Shown: positions 1 to 9,860, counted from the stretch's first letter. The stretch is DNA of 53,715 nucleotides from Pseudomonadota bacterium (GCA_043718025.1 JAYSWN010000158.1:1-53715); one strand, 5' to 3'. Made by a program: numbers and translations. The notes: generated from the letters alone by a model not told the origin.

Positions 1-53
1 TCCAATTCGCCATAATCTAAATAAAACTCGGTCTCTCATCAATCATCGGCCAT

Positions 54-140
54 GGATTGCCGCGCCACTTCGTGGCTCGCAAGGACGGGTGGGGAGCGTT
101 ATCGCTCTCGTCTTTGCGAGGCCGCAGGCCGAAGCAATCC
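54..140. repeat. Inverted pair of CGTC-type REP-like palindromic elements
   Basis: 54-87 reads on the minus strand CGTCCTTGCGAG-CCACGAAGTGG-CGCGGCAATCC. 109-140 reads on the plus strand CGTCTTTGCGAG-GCCGCAGGC-CGAAGCAATCC. Both share the CGTC-tagged TTGC...GCAA stem architecture with different inner hairpins. Confidence 0.7.
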
Positions 141-180
141 TCACACGGTGGAATAAAGGACGGGTGGGGAGCGTTATCGC
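81..180 (+). repeat. 25-bp exact direct repeat (2 copies)
   Basis: AAGGACGGGTGGGGAGCGTTATCGC occurs at 81-105 and 156-180. Confidence 0.9.
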
Positions 181-319
181 CAACTTTTAGGGGAAAGAGC
201 CCCCTTAATGTCAGCGGCGCAATGCCCGTCAAATAGTTCGACACTTTTTCACAATTGGTGAGGCTCAAGGCCTAGCCCTAACTTTGCAAGATAAAGGCAC
301 AGCATCTAGGGGGAGCATC

Positions 320-970
320 ATGATCTTCAGGCACCTGAGGCCTTACTTTCAATTCTTAACGCTGGCGTTGGTATTAACCACGCTCACCGCGTGCCCGAGC
401 GGCGAATTTCAAACCGATTTAACTCCACAAGATGTCTGTAAGCGCCTGCCTCTGCTCGTACCCCGACTCCAGGAGCAGGTGATTCAAATCGCGCCCGGAC
501 AAAAACCGTTTATCCCAATGCAAGGCCCCCAAGGGTTGGTGAACGATCCTGAGGCCCTCACCTTGGTGCCCAAAGCCACCGCTAAATATGGTTTAGGCGG
601 AATTGGCGGCGTAAGAATGACGAGCCCGGCAAAATCACCATTCAGTGCCAGCGTAACTACAAATGGTATCGAATTTGGAATGGAGCCGGTTATTCCGCCG
701 ACGGGGAACGTTGAAACCCAAACCATCGAAATTGTAATTTCTGACAAATGTAACCGCGTAACGACGCCGATTAAATTTACCTTGGTCTCCGACCCAGCGA
801 CCAGACCGGCAACTCAAGAAGAACTTGCCGCCCAAACTCGCAGCGCTCCGGCCGCCGTGCCACTGGAATCATCCCAATCAACATCAGAAACCGCTAGTGC
901 CGTAAAATCTCAAACCATCGCAATCGTTGAATCAGAGACTCGTCACCAAGCCGCTCCCGCCGCCAATTAA
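320..970 (+). CDS. Hypothetical lipoprotein
   Basis: ATG at 320 follows a GGGGAG RBS. The signal peptide ends in lipobox LTAC. The C-terminal tail is low-complexity Ala/Ser/Glu. Confidence 0.7.
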   Translation: MIFRHLRPYFQFLTLALVLTTLTACPSGEFQTDLTPQDVCKRLPLLVPRLQEQVIQIAPGQKPFIPMQGPQGLVNDPEALTLVPKATAKYGLGGIGGVRMTSPAKSPFSASVTTNGIEFGMEPVIPPTGNVETQTIEIVISDKCNRVTTPIKFTLVSDPATRPATQEELAAQTRSAPAAVPLESSQSTSETASAVKSQTIAIVESETRHQAAPAAN

Positions 971-985
971 AATTTGATTCTAAAC

Positions 986-2089
986 TTAGAAAATGAACCG
1001 CTTGCGGCCCACGTTGAGCAGAATCGCCGTGGCCACCATAAACGTGATGAGCGAAGATCCGCCGTAGCTAAAAAACGGCAACCCCACCCCCACGATGGGT
1101 AAAATTCCAATCACCATGCCCAGGTTAATGAACATGTGCCAAAAGACGATGGTGGTCATGCCGAACGCGAGCAACATTTCGAATTTTGCACGCGCCCGCG
1201 AAACTATCCGCAGCGCATAAACCAAGTACGTTGCGTAAAGCGCCAATAGAACCAAACCGCCTAAGAAGCCTCGCTCTTCTGCGAACACCGAGAAAATAAA
1301 GTCAGTGTGCTGTTCGGGAATGAAATTCAGCTGTGACTGGGTGCCCTTTAGCCAGCCCTTGCCGGTCACCTTGCCACTGCCCACCGCAATCTTACATTGC
1401 AGCACATTGTAACCGCTCCCCTTAGCGTCGCGGCCCGGATCTAAAAACGTCTTCACCCGATCGCGTTGATAGTCGCGAAGCAAGAAGCGATAGGCCAGCG
1501 GTCCCGCAATCAGACCACAGGTCACTACGATAAGAATCGATTTCCAATGCACCTTAAGAAAAAAGATCATCGACGCCGCGATCAAAAAGATGATGCCGGC
1601 GGTGCCCAAGTCTGGCTGCAAAAAGGTGAGCACAAAATAAGGAGCCAGCAGCAGACCCGGAAAAATCAATTTCTTTAGCGTATAAGGCGCGCCATGGCGC
1701 TCTTCGCTAAAATATTTTGCTAACGTGAAGACGATCGCCAGCTTGGCGATTTCTGAAGGCTGCAAATGAAAAAATTTAAGATCGATCCAGCGCTGCGACC
1801 CGCCACCAACTCGTCCAACCATCAGCACCAGAACCAAAAGAAAAAAGCAGACCACGTAACTTGGATAAGCCAGCTTCTCTAAAATCTGGAGATCTAAAAA
1901 AATAATCACCGTCCCAATCACCAGGCCAGCGCCAAAAAAAATAAGTTCAGATTTAAAGAGGTTGGTCAGCCCCGGCCCACGGGCCGCGCTGTAGAGCGTA
2001 ATCACGCCCATCGAAAATAGGGCGAGCACGGTCAAGATTAGCCCTAAATTGAGCGACCGAACCGTACTAGACTCTCTTAGGTCGGCCAT
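986..2089 (-). CDS. rodA: Rod shape-determining protein RodA (SEDS family)
   Basis: Multi-TM protein with SEDS motifs GSQRWI, QPSEIAK, QPDLGTA, PEQHTDFIFS and SYGGSS. It lies downstream of PBP2. Confidence 0.97.
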   Translation of the reverse strand: MADLRESSTVRSLNLGLILTVLALFSMGVITLYSAARGPGLTNLFKSELIFFGAGLVIGTVIIFLDLQILEKLAYPSYVVCFFLLVLVLMVGRVGGGSQRWIDLKFFHLQPSEIAKLAIVFTLAKYFSEERHGAPYTLKKLIFPGLLLAPYFVLTFLQPDLGTAGIIFLIAASMIFFLKVHWKSILIVVTCGLIAGPLAYRFLLRDYQRDRVKTFLDPGRDAKGSGYNVLQCKIAVGSGKVTGKGWLKGTQSQLNFIPEQHTDFIFSVFAEERGFLGGLVLLALYATYLVYALRIVSRARAKFEMLLAFGMTTIVFWHMFINLGMVIGILPIVGVGLPFFSYGGSSLITFMVATAILLNVGRKRFIF

Positions 2090-2099
2090 GCCATTCCCC

Positions 2100-4133
2100 T
2101 TAGTTGACGTTGTTCTTGGCGGCAGCGTTCGGCAATTCTACCGGAGGGGGTGCCAAGGCTTCGCCCTCTTCTACCACCTCGTGCTTGGCCTTTTTCTTCA
2201 AATCTTCAGTATTCGCCGCGGCCATTCTGCCCGACTTCAACTGCTGTACACGCAGCAGATCGGCGGGGAGAAGGTCCCCCGCTAGTGCCGCTTGTTTGGT
2301 GAGATGAGCTTCAATCACCTCACGCACGATCGGGGCGCCGGCCGTGCCGTGACACGAGTGCTCGGCAAGGGCCACTACCGCAATTTGTGGGTTTTCGCGG
2401 GGCGCATAACCTACGAACCAACCGTGGTGGCGGTAGAGGTATGGCATGGTTTCGCACTTGCTCGACATAATGTCGGCAAACGCCCGCACCTGTGCGGTGC
2501 CGGTTTTTCCCGAGATTGAGGTCATTTTGCTGTGACCACTAAAAATCGCCGTGCCGCCCGGAGCATTGGCCACTTGAAACAAGCCTTCGCGAGTGTTTTC
2601 AAAAACATTTGGCGGAAGTTCGATCTTTCGCACCAACTCGGGCTGGAACTCCTTTACCGTCTCACCCTCCCGATTTTCAATCCGTCGCACGATGAAGGGA
2701 CGATATAAAAATCCGTTGTTGGCAATGGCGGCGAAGGCCGAAACCAGCTGCAATGGGGTCACTTCAACGTAGCCCTGCCCAATCGCCACGCTGAGCGTTT
2801 CGCCCGGATGCCAGATGTCTTTATAAGTCTTCTTTTTCCACTCTTGGTCAGGAATTAAGCCGCGCGACTCGCTGCCGATTTTAAGGCCCGTAGCCTGGCC
2901 TAAACCAAATAGTCGCGCGTACTTGGCAATGCGATCTACCCCGAGGGTGTTGCCAAGTTGGTAGTAGTACACGTCACACGATTCTCGAATCGACTTAATA
3001 AAATCCACTGACCCGTGCCGTTTCCAACAGTTAAATTTTCGGTTTCCAAAATGCAGAGAGCCGTTGCAATTAATGGTGTGCTTGGGCGTGATGACCCCCT
3101 CGGCCAGGCCAGCCAGGGCTAAAAATAGTTTGAAGGTCGAACCCGGGGGGTAATGGTCTTGGATCGAACGGTTTCGCAAGGGGCGCGATTTATTGGTCGA
3201 TAGATCCTGCCAAACCTTGGGATTAACCTCGCGGCCCGAAATTGCCCCTGGCTCGTACGAAGGAAAATTTACCAACGCCAAGATTTCGCCACTACGCGGA
3301 TCAAGCGCCACCACCGATCCTTCAAAACTGCGCGACTTCATCGCCTGCCCCGCTACCGCCTGCAGGTCAGCATCGAGCGTTAAAAAAAGATTGTCGCCTT
3401 GAGTGGGCTCTTTCTGTGAAACGTACCCCAGTAGGCGCTCGTTGCCCTCCACTTTACGGCGGCGGCCCATCGCGTCCACTTCTACGTACCCCACTCCATT
3501 TTGGCCGCGAAGGCGGGCATCAAATACCCGCTCGATGCCCATCTTGCCAATGTAGTCACCCATCGACAGCTCTTTTTTGGGGTCGTTACGGATGTCGTTA
3601 GGCGTAACCTCACCGGTGTAACCTAAAAGCTGAGCGCCTAACTCGGTGTAGGGATATCGACGTTGCACATTAGTTTCAATGTCGACGCCGGGAAAACCAA
3701 CGGCGTCCATTTCAATCGCGGCCAACACGTCCTTATCAACATCTGATTTTAACAAAATGGGATAAAACGAAGGGCTACGATTTACCTTCGACAGTTTTTT
3801 TTCAAGCTCGGCTACAGTAATATTGAGCGCCTTGGCAAGGCGCACGTTAGTTTCATCCAGAAAATCGTAGTACTGCGAGAGAAGCACCACATCAAAAGAG
3901 GCCCGGTTATCAACGATGACTTTGCCGTGGCGATCGTAAAAAATTCCGCGGGTAGAATATAACCGCTCTTTTTTTAACCGATTGGCCTCGGAGAATTTTC
4001 GTAATTCATCGCCCTTCAAAATCTGGAGAAAGAACAACCGAATGCCCACGGCCGAGCAGGCGATGAAAACCAACACCATAAAAAAATTGGCGCGGCGCCG
4101 GTACTCTCGAATTTCATCTTCCCTTCCGATCAC
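2100..4133 (-). CDS. mrdA: Penicillin-binding protein 2
   Basis: N-terminal TM anchor, RG.FYDR dimerisation motif and transpeptidase motifs STFK, SCD and KTGTAQ. mreD-mrdA-rodA context. Confidence 0.96.
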   Translation of the reverse strand: MIGREDEIREYRRRANFFMVLVFIACSAVGIRLFFLQILKGDELRKFSEANRLKKERLYSTRGIFYDRHGKVIVDNRASFDVVLLSQYYDFLDETNVRLAKALNITVAELEKKLSKVNRSPSFYPILLKSDVDKDVLAAIEMDAVGFPGVDIETNVQRRYPYTELGAQLLGYTGEVTPNDIRNDPKKELSMGDYIGKMGIERVFDARLRGQNGVGYVEVDAMGRRRKVEGNERLLGYVSQKEPTQGDNLFLTLDADLQAVAGQAMKSRSFEGSVVALDPRSGEILALVNFPSYEPGAISGREVNPKVWQDLSTNKSRPLRNRSIQDHYPPGSTFKLFLALAGLAEGVITPKHTINCNGSLHFGNRKFNCWKRHGSVDFIKSIRESCDVYYYQLGNTLGVDRIAKYARLFGLGQATGLKIGSESRGLIPDQEWKKKTYKDIWHPGETLSVAIGQGYVEVTPLQLVSAFAAIANNGFLYRPFIVRRIENREGETVKEFQPELVRKIELPPNVFENTREGLFQVANAPGGTAIFSGHSKMTSISGKTGTAQVRAFADIMSSKCETMPYLYRHHGWFVGYAPRENPQIAVVALAEHSCHGTAGAPIVREVIEAHLTKQAALAGDLLPADLLRVQQLKSGRMAAANTEDLKKKAKHEVVEEGEALAPPPVELPNAAAKNNVN

Positions 4134-4708
4134 GCGGCAGCCTCGTACATTTCAATGTTTACCCGGTCGCCCTTAAAAGTAGCTCGATCCAACGCCTCAC
4201 CCAACGCAAAAATCACAAGCCCGTACAGCGGCGCAAAGAATATCCCGCTAAAAGGAAAGTTTTTCATCATGAAAACGGGCCAGGCCGGCGCAAAAGAGGA
4301 AGCCACCAGAGGCAATAAGAAACGCCCGCCCAGAGAGAGGGTGAAAAGTGCCAGTAAAGTAGAAATCCAGCCACTGGCATAAATGCCGTAGCGCATCAGG
4401 CGCGCGAAAAAAAAGAGGATGAGATAATAAAAGGCAAAGACTCCAATGGGGGCGCTGCTGCTCAGCGAGTAAAGGTGGCTACAAAACAGCGAGAGAATAA
4501 AGCCTTCCCAAGTTGAACGACGCTGGGCGAAAAACACCACGAAGGGCATCAAGAGGTCGGCGGTGAGTACCATGGGCGGCAAAATGGCGGCCGCGGTCGA
4601 CCGCACAATCAGCATGCCGTAAACAAACACCACGAAAAAAACCGGGTTGAGACTATTAAGAAGTCTTTTCTGGCTCGGGTGGAGAAAGAACAATAAACAC
4701 CTCTTCAA
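4130..4708 (-). CDS. mreD: Rod shape-determining protein MreD (start uncertain, probably near 4650)
   Basis: Hydrophobic multi-TM protein positioned between mreC and mrdA. Its stop overlaps the mrdA start. Confidence 0.75.
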   Translation of the reverse strand: MKRCLLFFLHPSQKRLLNSLNPVFFVVFVYGMLIVRSTAAAILPPMVLTADLLMPFVVFFAQRRSTWEGFILSLFCSHLYSLSSSAPIGVFAFYYLILFFFARLMRYGIYASGWISTLLALFTLSLGGRFLLPLVASSFAPAWPVFMMKNFPFSGIFFAPLYGLVIFALGEALDRATFKGDRVNIEMYEAAA

Positions 4709-5486
4709 GACGGTAAATGTCGACCGCGGTCTTTACCGTAACCAGTTGTAAAATTCCGTTGCTGCCTAAAATTACGCTCGACACCGTGCCGATCAGAAGC
4801 CCTTTGGGGAACACCGAACCAAAGCCAGAGGACACCACCGTGTCGTTCACCGCCACATCGTCCAGCCGGTCGAGATATTTCATCTTAGTCTGCATCTGCT
4901 TGGCTTGGCCGGTAACAATCCCCCGCGCCCGACTTCTCTGAATGATCGAGTCGATGTTGCTCGTGGGATCAAGAAGGGTAAGAATGTCGGAGTAGGATTG
5001 CGAAACGCGCTGCACCCGACCAACGAGCCCGCTGGGACTGATCACGCCCATACCCAGCTGTACGCCGTCGAGCGCCCCCTTATCGATTCGGATCCCAGAA
5101 TAGTCGTTGGATACGTCAGTGGCCACCACGTGGGCCGATAGCAGCTTACTTTGCAAGCGATGCTGGAACTGTAGCGACTCACGCAGACGACCATTTTCTG
5201 ATTCAACTTCCTGCAATGCCGTCAACTTGGTGCGCAAGAGGTCAATCTCTTTTACCAGCTCATCGTTCTTCTTCTGCGCATTTACTAAAAAGAGGTAGTG
5301 ATCGAAGACTTTGCGACCACCGTGGGTCATGTAAAACAGGTTTTTTTGCGCCCCGCCCGACATAAAAATTAAAATATTGTCGATCGGGCCAGTTTTTCCC
5401 TGACGGTGTCGGTGAACATAGATAGAAAGAATAGCGATGAGAAACGCTAGAGAAGAAACAAACCAGTATTTACGTTGTGTGGGCAC
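4656..5486 (-). CDS. mreC: Rod shape-determining protein MreC
   Basis: N-terminal TM, coiled coil (ENGRLRESL), and motifs IDKG..DGV..GMGV, GLVGRV and SSGFGSVFPKGLLIG. Confidence 0.95.
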   Translation of the reverse strand: MPTQRKYWFVSSLAFLIAILSIYVHRHRQGKTGPIDNILIFMSGGAQKNLFYMTHGGRKVFDHYLFLVNAQKKNDELVKEIDLLRTKLTALQEVESENGRLRESLQFQHRLQSKLLSAHVVATDVSNDYSGIRIDKGALDGVQLGMGVISPSGLVGRVQRVSQSYSDILTLLDPTSNIDSIIQRSRARGIVTGQAKQMQTKMKYLDRLDDVAVNDTVVSSGFGSVFPKGLLIGTVSSVILGSNGILQLVTVKTAVDIYRLEEVFIVLSPPEPEKTS

Positions 5487-5634
5487 TATTCGTGTTGGGT
5501 TTGCTTTTGAAGGCCTGTTTTACGACCATTTTCCAACGCCCATTTTAGTGGACGGGCTGGGAAATGACCACTAGCATGACCTTGCATTTCTTAAACTTTC
5601 TACATATATGTAACCTATTTTGCGGTGAGCCTCA

Positions 5635-7152
5635 ATGTTAGATTCCATACGTAAACGAAAAGACAGTGTTGTAGCTATTTTTCTTATCATCCTCATGGCG
5701 GTGGTCATGGGGTTCTTTGGCTTCAGCCAAATGGGTAGCGATAAAGAAGAACGTGGTGGTGGCGGGGGCCCCGCCGTATTCGTAAACGGTGAGCCAGTTT
5801 CTCGCCGTGAATTTCAGATGGCGCTGCAATACAAAATGTCGCAGTACCAGCAAATGCTGGGAGGCCAATACGACGAAAAGTTTTTAGCCGCCCTGCAAGT
5901 GCCGCAACGCACCTTAGAAGAACTCATCCAAATGAAGCTCTTGGCTCAGCAGGCCAAACGCTTAGGGGTTGCCGTTTCAGACGAAGAGCTTATCGAATAC
6001 ATCCAAGCCATTCCTTACTATCAGCGCGACGGCAAATTTGACGCAGCCAGTTACGCAAAAATCCCCAACGTTGGTATTGAAGAGCGGCGGCAGCGCGAAC
6101 GGCTTGCTTTGACGAGGTTGCAAACTTACCTCTCCGATCGAGTAAAGATGACACCGCAAGAGATCGCCGCCAGCGCCTTGTTAAAAGAGACAAAAGTAGA
6201 TCTCGACTACGCCAAGATTGATTTTGTGGCGATGGCGAAAAAAGCCGGGGTTTCCGCAGCGCAGATCGACGCCTACCTTAAGAAAACACCACAATCTGAC
6301 CTGCAAAAATATTACGATGCCCATCGCGCTGACTACGTGGAAAAGGCGAAGGTTAACCTTCGCCAAATCCGAATCGGAATTCCGTATCAGGCCAAGGCCG
6401 AGCAAAAAGCTGAAGCAAAGAAAAAAATTGATGCCATTGCTAAAGAAGTCAGCGCCGCCAACTTCTCGGAAATCGCAAAAAAGCGATCTGACGATGAGTA
6501 CGCTAAAAAAGGTGGCGAAGTGGGCTGGACCACTCGAGGCACCTTAGAGCCAGTCCTAGAGGCGGCCATCGATAAGTTGGCCCCAGGCCAGGTAAGTGCA
6601 CCAATAGAAACTTCGTTTGGCCACGTTATCTTTGAAGTGAAAGAAAAGAAGCCTGAGGTGGTGTTCTCGTTGAATGAAGTCAAAAAGAAGATCGCCGAAA
6701 CTCTTTTGCTCGAAGACAACAAAAAAAGCTTTAGCGATAAAAAGCGGGCTGACTGGGACAAGATGCTTGCCGAGGGTAAGTCACTTGAGCCCGTGCTCAA
6801 GGCCGAAAAAATTGACGTGAAGAAGACTGGCCCTTTTTCGTTATCAACAAACAACGTTCCGGGAATTGGCGCCTCCGATCCATTGGTTGATGTGGTCTTT
6901 GAACTTAGTTCGGCCAAACCCGTTGCCCCAAAACTGGTGCAAGTGGGAGACGCGTTTTATTTCGTAAAACTGAGGTCGGTGGAAGGGCCAAAAGCCGCCG
7001 ATAAAGACAAAACGTTGGAATCCGCGCAACGCGCGCAAGAGTCAGCATTTCAAAATGAGCTGATTACGCAGTGGGTGGCGGGATTGCAAAAGTCCGCCAA
7101 AATTAAACAAGAAATTAAATTCGGCGCCGAGCCAGTCACCGCCGAAAATTGA
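5635..7152 (+). CDS. ppiD: PpiD/SurA-like periplasmic chaperone with parvulin PPIase domain
   Basis: MLDSIRK..TM N-terminus, a SurA_N region and parvulin motifs (F.EIAKKRSDD..AKKGGEVGW, GQVSAPIETSFG). Divergent from the mre operon. Confidence 0.85.
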   Translation: MLDSIRKRKDSVVAIFLIILMAVVMGFFGFSQMGSDKEERGGGGGPAVFVNGEPVSRREFQMALQYKMSQYQQMLGGQYDEKFLAALQVPQRTLEELIQMKLLAQQAKRLGVAVSDEELIEYIQAIPYYQRDGKFDAASYAKIPNVGIEERRQRERLALTRLQTYLSDRVKMTPQEIAASALLKETKVDLDYAKIDFVAMAKKAGVSAAQIDAYLKKTPQSDLQKYYDAHRADYVEKAKVNLRQIRIGIPYQAKAEQKAEAKKKIDAIAKEVSAANFSEIAKKRSDDEYAKKGGEVGWTTRGTLEPVLEAAIDKLAPGQVSAPIETSFGHVIFEVKEKKPEVVFSLNEVKKKIAETLLLEDNKKSFSDKKRADWDKMLAEGKSLEPVLKAEKIDVKKTGPFSLSTNNVPGIGASDPLVDVVFELSSAKPVAPKLVQVGDAFYFVKLRSVEGPKAADKDKTLESAQRAQESAFQNELITQWVAGLQKSAKIKQEIKFGAEPVTAEN

Positions 7153-7177
7153 ACCGCAATTGACAACGATTGTTGAA

Positions 7178-8134
7178 TTAACGACGTGGGTGAAACTTCT
7201 GCTGCATTAAGCGCAAGTTTTGGATATCCAGGTGGGTATAGATTTCCGTCGTAGCAATTGAGCTATGCCCCAAAAGTTCCTGCACCACTCTCAAATCAGC
7301 GCCGCCGCGCAAAAGATGGGTGGCAAAAGAATGACGGATCATGTGTGGCCAAATTTTTTTCGGAATGCCCGCAATCTGAGCCCGTTTTTGTAACAGTTTC
7401 CACATCGCCTGACGACTCAGTCGGGTGCCGCGGCCACTTAAAAAAAAGTGGGGCTCATCGAGCCTATCCCAGCGGGCGACTTGGGCGTGGCGCAAGGCGG
7501 AATACTTTCTTAACCACGCTTCGGCATTGGCGCCAAAGGGAACCAGCCGCTGCTTGCCGCCTTTACCATTCAGCTTCACAATTCGCTTGTCCAGATCGAT
7601 TTCAGAAGCCTTGAGATGGGATAGCTCTGAAACTCGGGCTCCAATGGCGTACCACAACTCAAATAGCGCCCGGTCGCGCAATCCAGACTCATTGTCGGGC
7701 ACGATGGAATTCAAAAGCCTTTCCATGTGAAGAAGGGAGAGATGCTTCGGCAGCTTCTTTTCTTTGACGCGAACGGACACCAGCTCGGTGGGATCAATCA
7801 GCACGGCCTCTTCACGCACCCCAAACTGATAGAGCTGCTTTAACACCGATAGTTTGCGGGCCAGCGAACGCGGGGCAACCTCTTGGCGCCGTTGCCAGGC
7901 CAAAAATTCGCGCACCAGATCAAGGGTGGCTTCGTGGGTAAGAACTTTTTTACGCAGCAGGAAGGTTTCCCACTGCTGCATATCCAAACGGTAAGAGCTG
8001 AGGGAATTCGGGGTAAAACCCCGTTCCGTCGACAGATGTGCCAAAAACTGAACAACTAACTCTGACTGCTGGTCCGATTGAACTCGCAGTACTGCGCGCT
8101 GCTGTCGGACGGTTGGTTTCTCAGTTTTCGCCAA
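7178..8134 (-). CDS. xerD: Site-specific tyrosine recombinase XerD (Xer family)
   Basis: N-terminal SAM-like domain, RDRA.FELWYAIGARVSEL, GKGGKQRLVP, PHMIRHSFATHLL.GGADLRVVQELLGH and TEIYTH. Confidence 0.88.
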   Translation of the reverse strand: MAKTEKPTVRQQRAVLRVQSDQQSELVVQFLAHLSTERGFTPNSLSSYRLDMQQWETFLLRKKVLTHEATLDLVREFLAWQRRQEVAPRSLARKLSVLKQLYQFGVREEAVLIDPTELVSVRVKEKKLPKHLSLLHMERLLNSIVPDNESGLRDRALFELWYAIGARVSELSHLKASEIDLDKRIVKLNGKGGKQRLVPFGANAEAWLRKYSALRHAQVARWDRLDEPHFFLSGRGTRLSRQAMWKLLQKRAQIAGIPKKIWPHMIRHSFATHLLRGGADLRVVQELLGHSSIATTEIYTHLDIQNLRLMQQKFHPRR

Positions 8135-8148
8135 AGATCTAAAACTCC

Positions 8149-8919
8149 TTACGCCGCTTCCGCTTCGTCTGAATCAAAGTAGGACCGAAGCTTACGGCGC
8201 AACCATAGTATCGCTTGTGTGTGAAGTTGGGAAACTCGGCTTTCGGTGACGTCTAATACATCGCCAATTTCTTTGAGGTTAAGATCTTCATAATAGTAGA
8301 GGCTCAACACTAGGCGTTGTTTTTCGGGCAACGATTCGATCGCCTTGGTAACAATGTCTTTTACCGCCTTGAGATTGAGCTCGTTGATCGGACTGGGGAC
8401 TTTACAACTTTCGAGCAGGCTCAAAATACTCTTGCGATCGGAGCTATTGAAACTGCCGGCTTCGTCCAACGAAAACACGGACACTGACTTCACCTGATTC
8501 AGCAAGTCGTAATACTCTTCTTTGGAGACATTAAGCTCAGCGGTGACTTCATTCTCGGTCGGCACGCGCCCTAAGCGCTGTTCGAGGCGCAGGTGAGCGC
8601 GTTCCAATTGCTTGGCCTTTTCGCGAATACTACGGGGAACCCAGTCCTGGGCGCGCAACTCATCAAGAATTGCGCCGCGGATGCGAAATTCTGCGTACGT
8701 CTTAAATTTGTTGTCGCGGCTGGGGTCATACTTGTCGATCGCGTCCATGAGACCAATCACGCCACTCGAAACCAAATCGTCGAATTCAATATTGGACGGC
8801 AGCCGAACGGCAATTTTCTGGGCGATAAACTTAATCAGCGGAGCGTACTCAAGAATCAGTTTTTCTTTCGTTTTTTTATCAACGCGTTTCGGTTTTTTGG
8901 CTTTGCTTACGATTGGCAT
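8149..8919 (-). CDS. fliA: RNA polymerase sigma-28 factor (FliA/WhiG family)
   Basis: DDLVSSGVIGLMDAIDKYDP, FKTYAEFRIRGAILDELRAQDWVPRS and LKEIGDVLDVTESRVSQLH. ATG at 8919 follows GGAGAG. Confidence 0.95.
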   Translation of the reverse strand: MPIVSKAKKPKRVDKKTKEKLILEYAPLIKFIAQKIAVRLPSNIEFDDLVSSGVIGLMDAIDKYDPSRDNKFKTYAEFRIRGAILDELRAQDWVPRSIREKAKQLERAHLRLEQRLGRVPTENEVTAELNVSKEEYYDLLNQVKSVSVFSLDEAGSFNSSDRKSILSLLESCKVPSPINELNLKAVKDIVTKAIESLPEKQRLVLSLYYYEDLNLKEIGDVLDVTESRVSQLHTQAILWLRRKLRSYFDSDEAEAA

Positions 8920-8954
8920 GGTCTCTCCTAAGAGTACGGACAAGTTGAAGTCAT

Positions 8955-9770
8955 TCAGGTCGAAATTTCTGTTGAAAGCCCAATTGGCGGAAGGGCCAGA
9001 CTCAAATCACGGGTAATAAGGTCAACGTCAAACCGGGCCGAACGAGAAATGGCGAGTAAGGGGGCGCCGGTCAGAGTGTGAATTTGATTCACCAGTTCCC
9101 AGTCTTCGCTGAGATCCCAGCGGGTAATAACGAAGGCTTCCCAACGATAAGGGGTAAATGCATCGATTGATTTCACGATCGTGGATAGCTTCTGAGTGCC
9201 ATCGACAACCAATACCGAGCGGGCACCAGGAATTTCGAGGCGAATGCGCAGAAACTCTTCGCGAGTCAAAGATTCCCAACCCGGAGTGTCAACGAACAGA
9301 CAACTTGAAAACGTCTCCTTGGGGAGGCGACGCTCGGTTGTAAAATCCAAATCTAAACCACGAGCAAAGTTTGCGAGCTCCATCGAACCGGTAATTTTTC
9401 GGTAATCACGACTCACCACGGTCGGAGGCAATCCCACATTCTTAAGGGCGGCCGCCAGCTTTACCAAAGCCGACGTCTTCCCCGCGCCACTCAACCCACA
9501 AAACAGCCAGGCTCCACCGTCACGGAGATCGAAGGGTGACAGCCATGGCGCCGTATAAAGCTTCACTTTGCGCTCATCGCATGAAAGTAGCGTTGGCTCC
9601 GAGATCTCGGTAAAACGACGCGGGGCCGCCATCACTTCACAATAGGCTGAACCAAAAAATGGCTTCATCCTTGAAGATTGTGAAACGATAAGAGGATTTG
9701 GCCCGAGCGAAGCTTCCGCCTGCGCGAGCGCCTCTTCTAAAGTGGCGCCACGAAATTTTTTTATCGACAT
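8955..9770 (-). CDS. flhF: Shortened, divergent FlhF-like SRP-family GTPase
   Basis: FlhF-type N-terminus (MSIKKFRGATLEEAL), P-loop GLSGAGKT, DTPG (cf. DTAG) and TRWD (cf. TKLD). Directly upstream of fliA. Confidence 0.75.
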   Translation of the reverse strand: MSIKKFRGATLEEALAQAEASLGPNPLIVSQSSRMKPFFGSAYCEVMAAPRRFTEISEPTLLSCDERKVKLYTAPWLSPFDLRDGGAWLFCGLSGAGKTSALVKLAAALKNVGLPPTVVSRDYRKITGSMELANFARGLDLDFTTERRLPKETFSSCLFVDTPGWESLTREEFLRIRLEIPGARSVLVVDGTQKLSTIVKSIDAFTPYRWEAFVITRWDLSEDWELVNQIHTLTGAPLLAISRSARFDVDLITRDLSLALPPIGLSTEIST

Positions 9771-9844
9771 AGAGTGCTATTTTAGAAATTTGATGGGAAG
9801 AAAGCGGATAAGAACTAATGAAGCGCCAGACAATCTTTAACCAG

Positions 9845-9860
9845 TGCAATTACAAGACCA
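9845..9860 (-). promoter_or_regulatory. Candidate sigma-54 (-24/-12) promoter for flhF-fliA
   Basis: Minus strand TGGTCTTGTAATTGCA has GG-N10-GC spacing with TTGCA, 75 nt upstream of the flhF ATG. Confidence 0.45.

Noticed and set aside
5..32. Possible dif site (ATTCGCCATAA left arm)
   Set aside because: The right arm TAAAACTCGGT does not resemble the XerD arm TTATGTTAAAT.
81..180. Possible CRISPR array
   Set aside because: Only two copies of the 25-bp repeat, the intervening sequence is itself a REP palindrome, and there are no cas genes in the window.
17..268. 83-aa ORF with a DNAPHPS repeat
   Set aside because: It is only the translation of the non-coding REP/direct-repeat region.
7178..8134. 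Prophage or island integrase
   Set aside because: Length and motifs are those of chromosomal XerD, with no att repeats, phage genes or adjacent tRNA.
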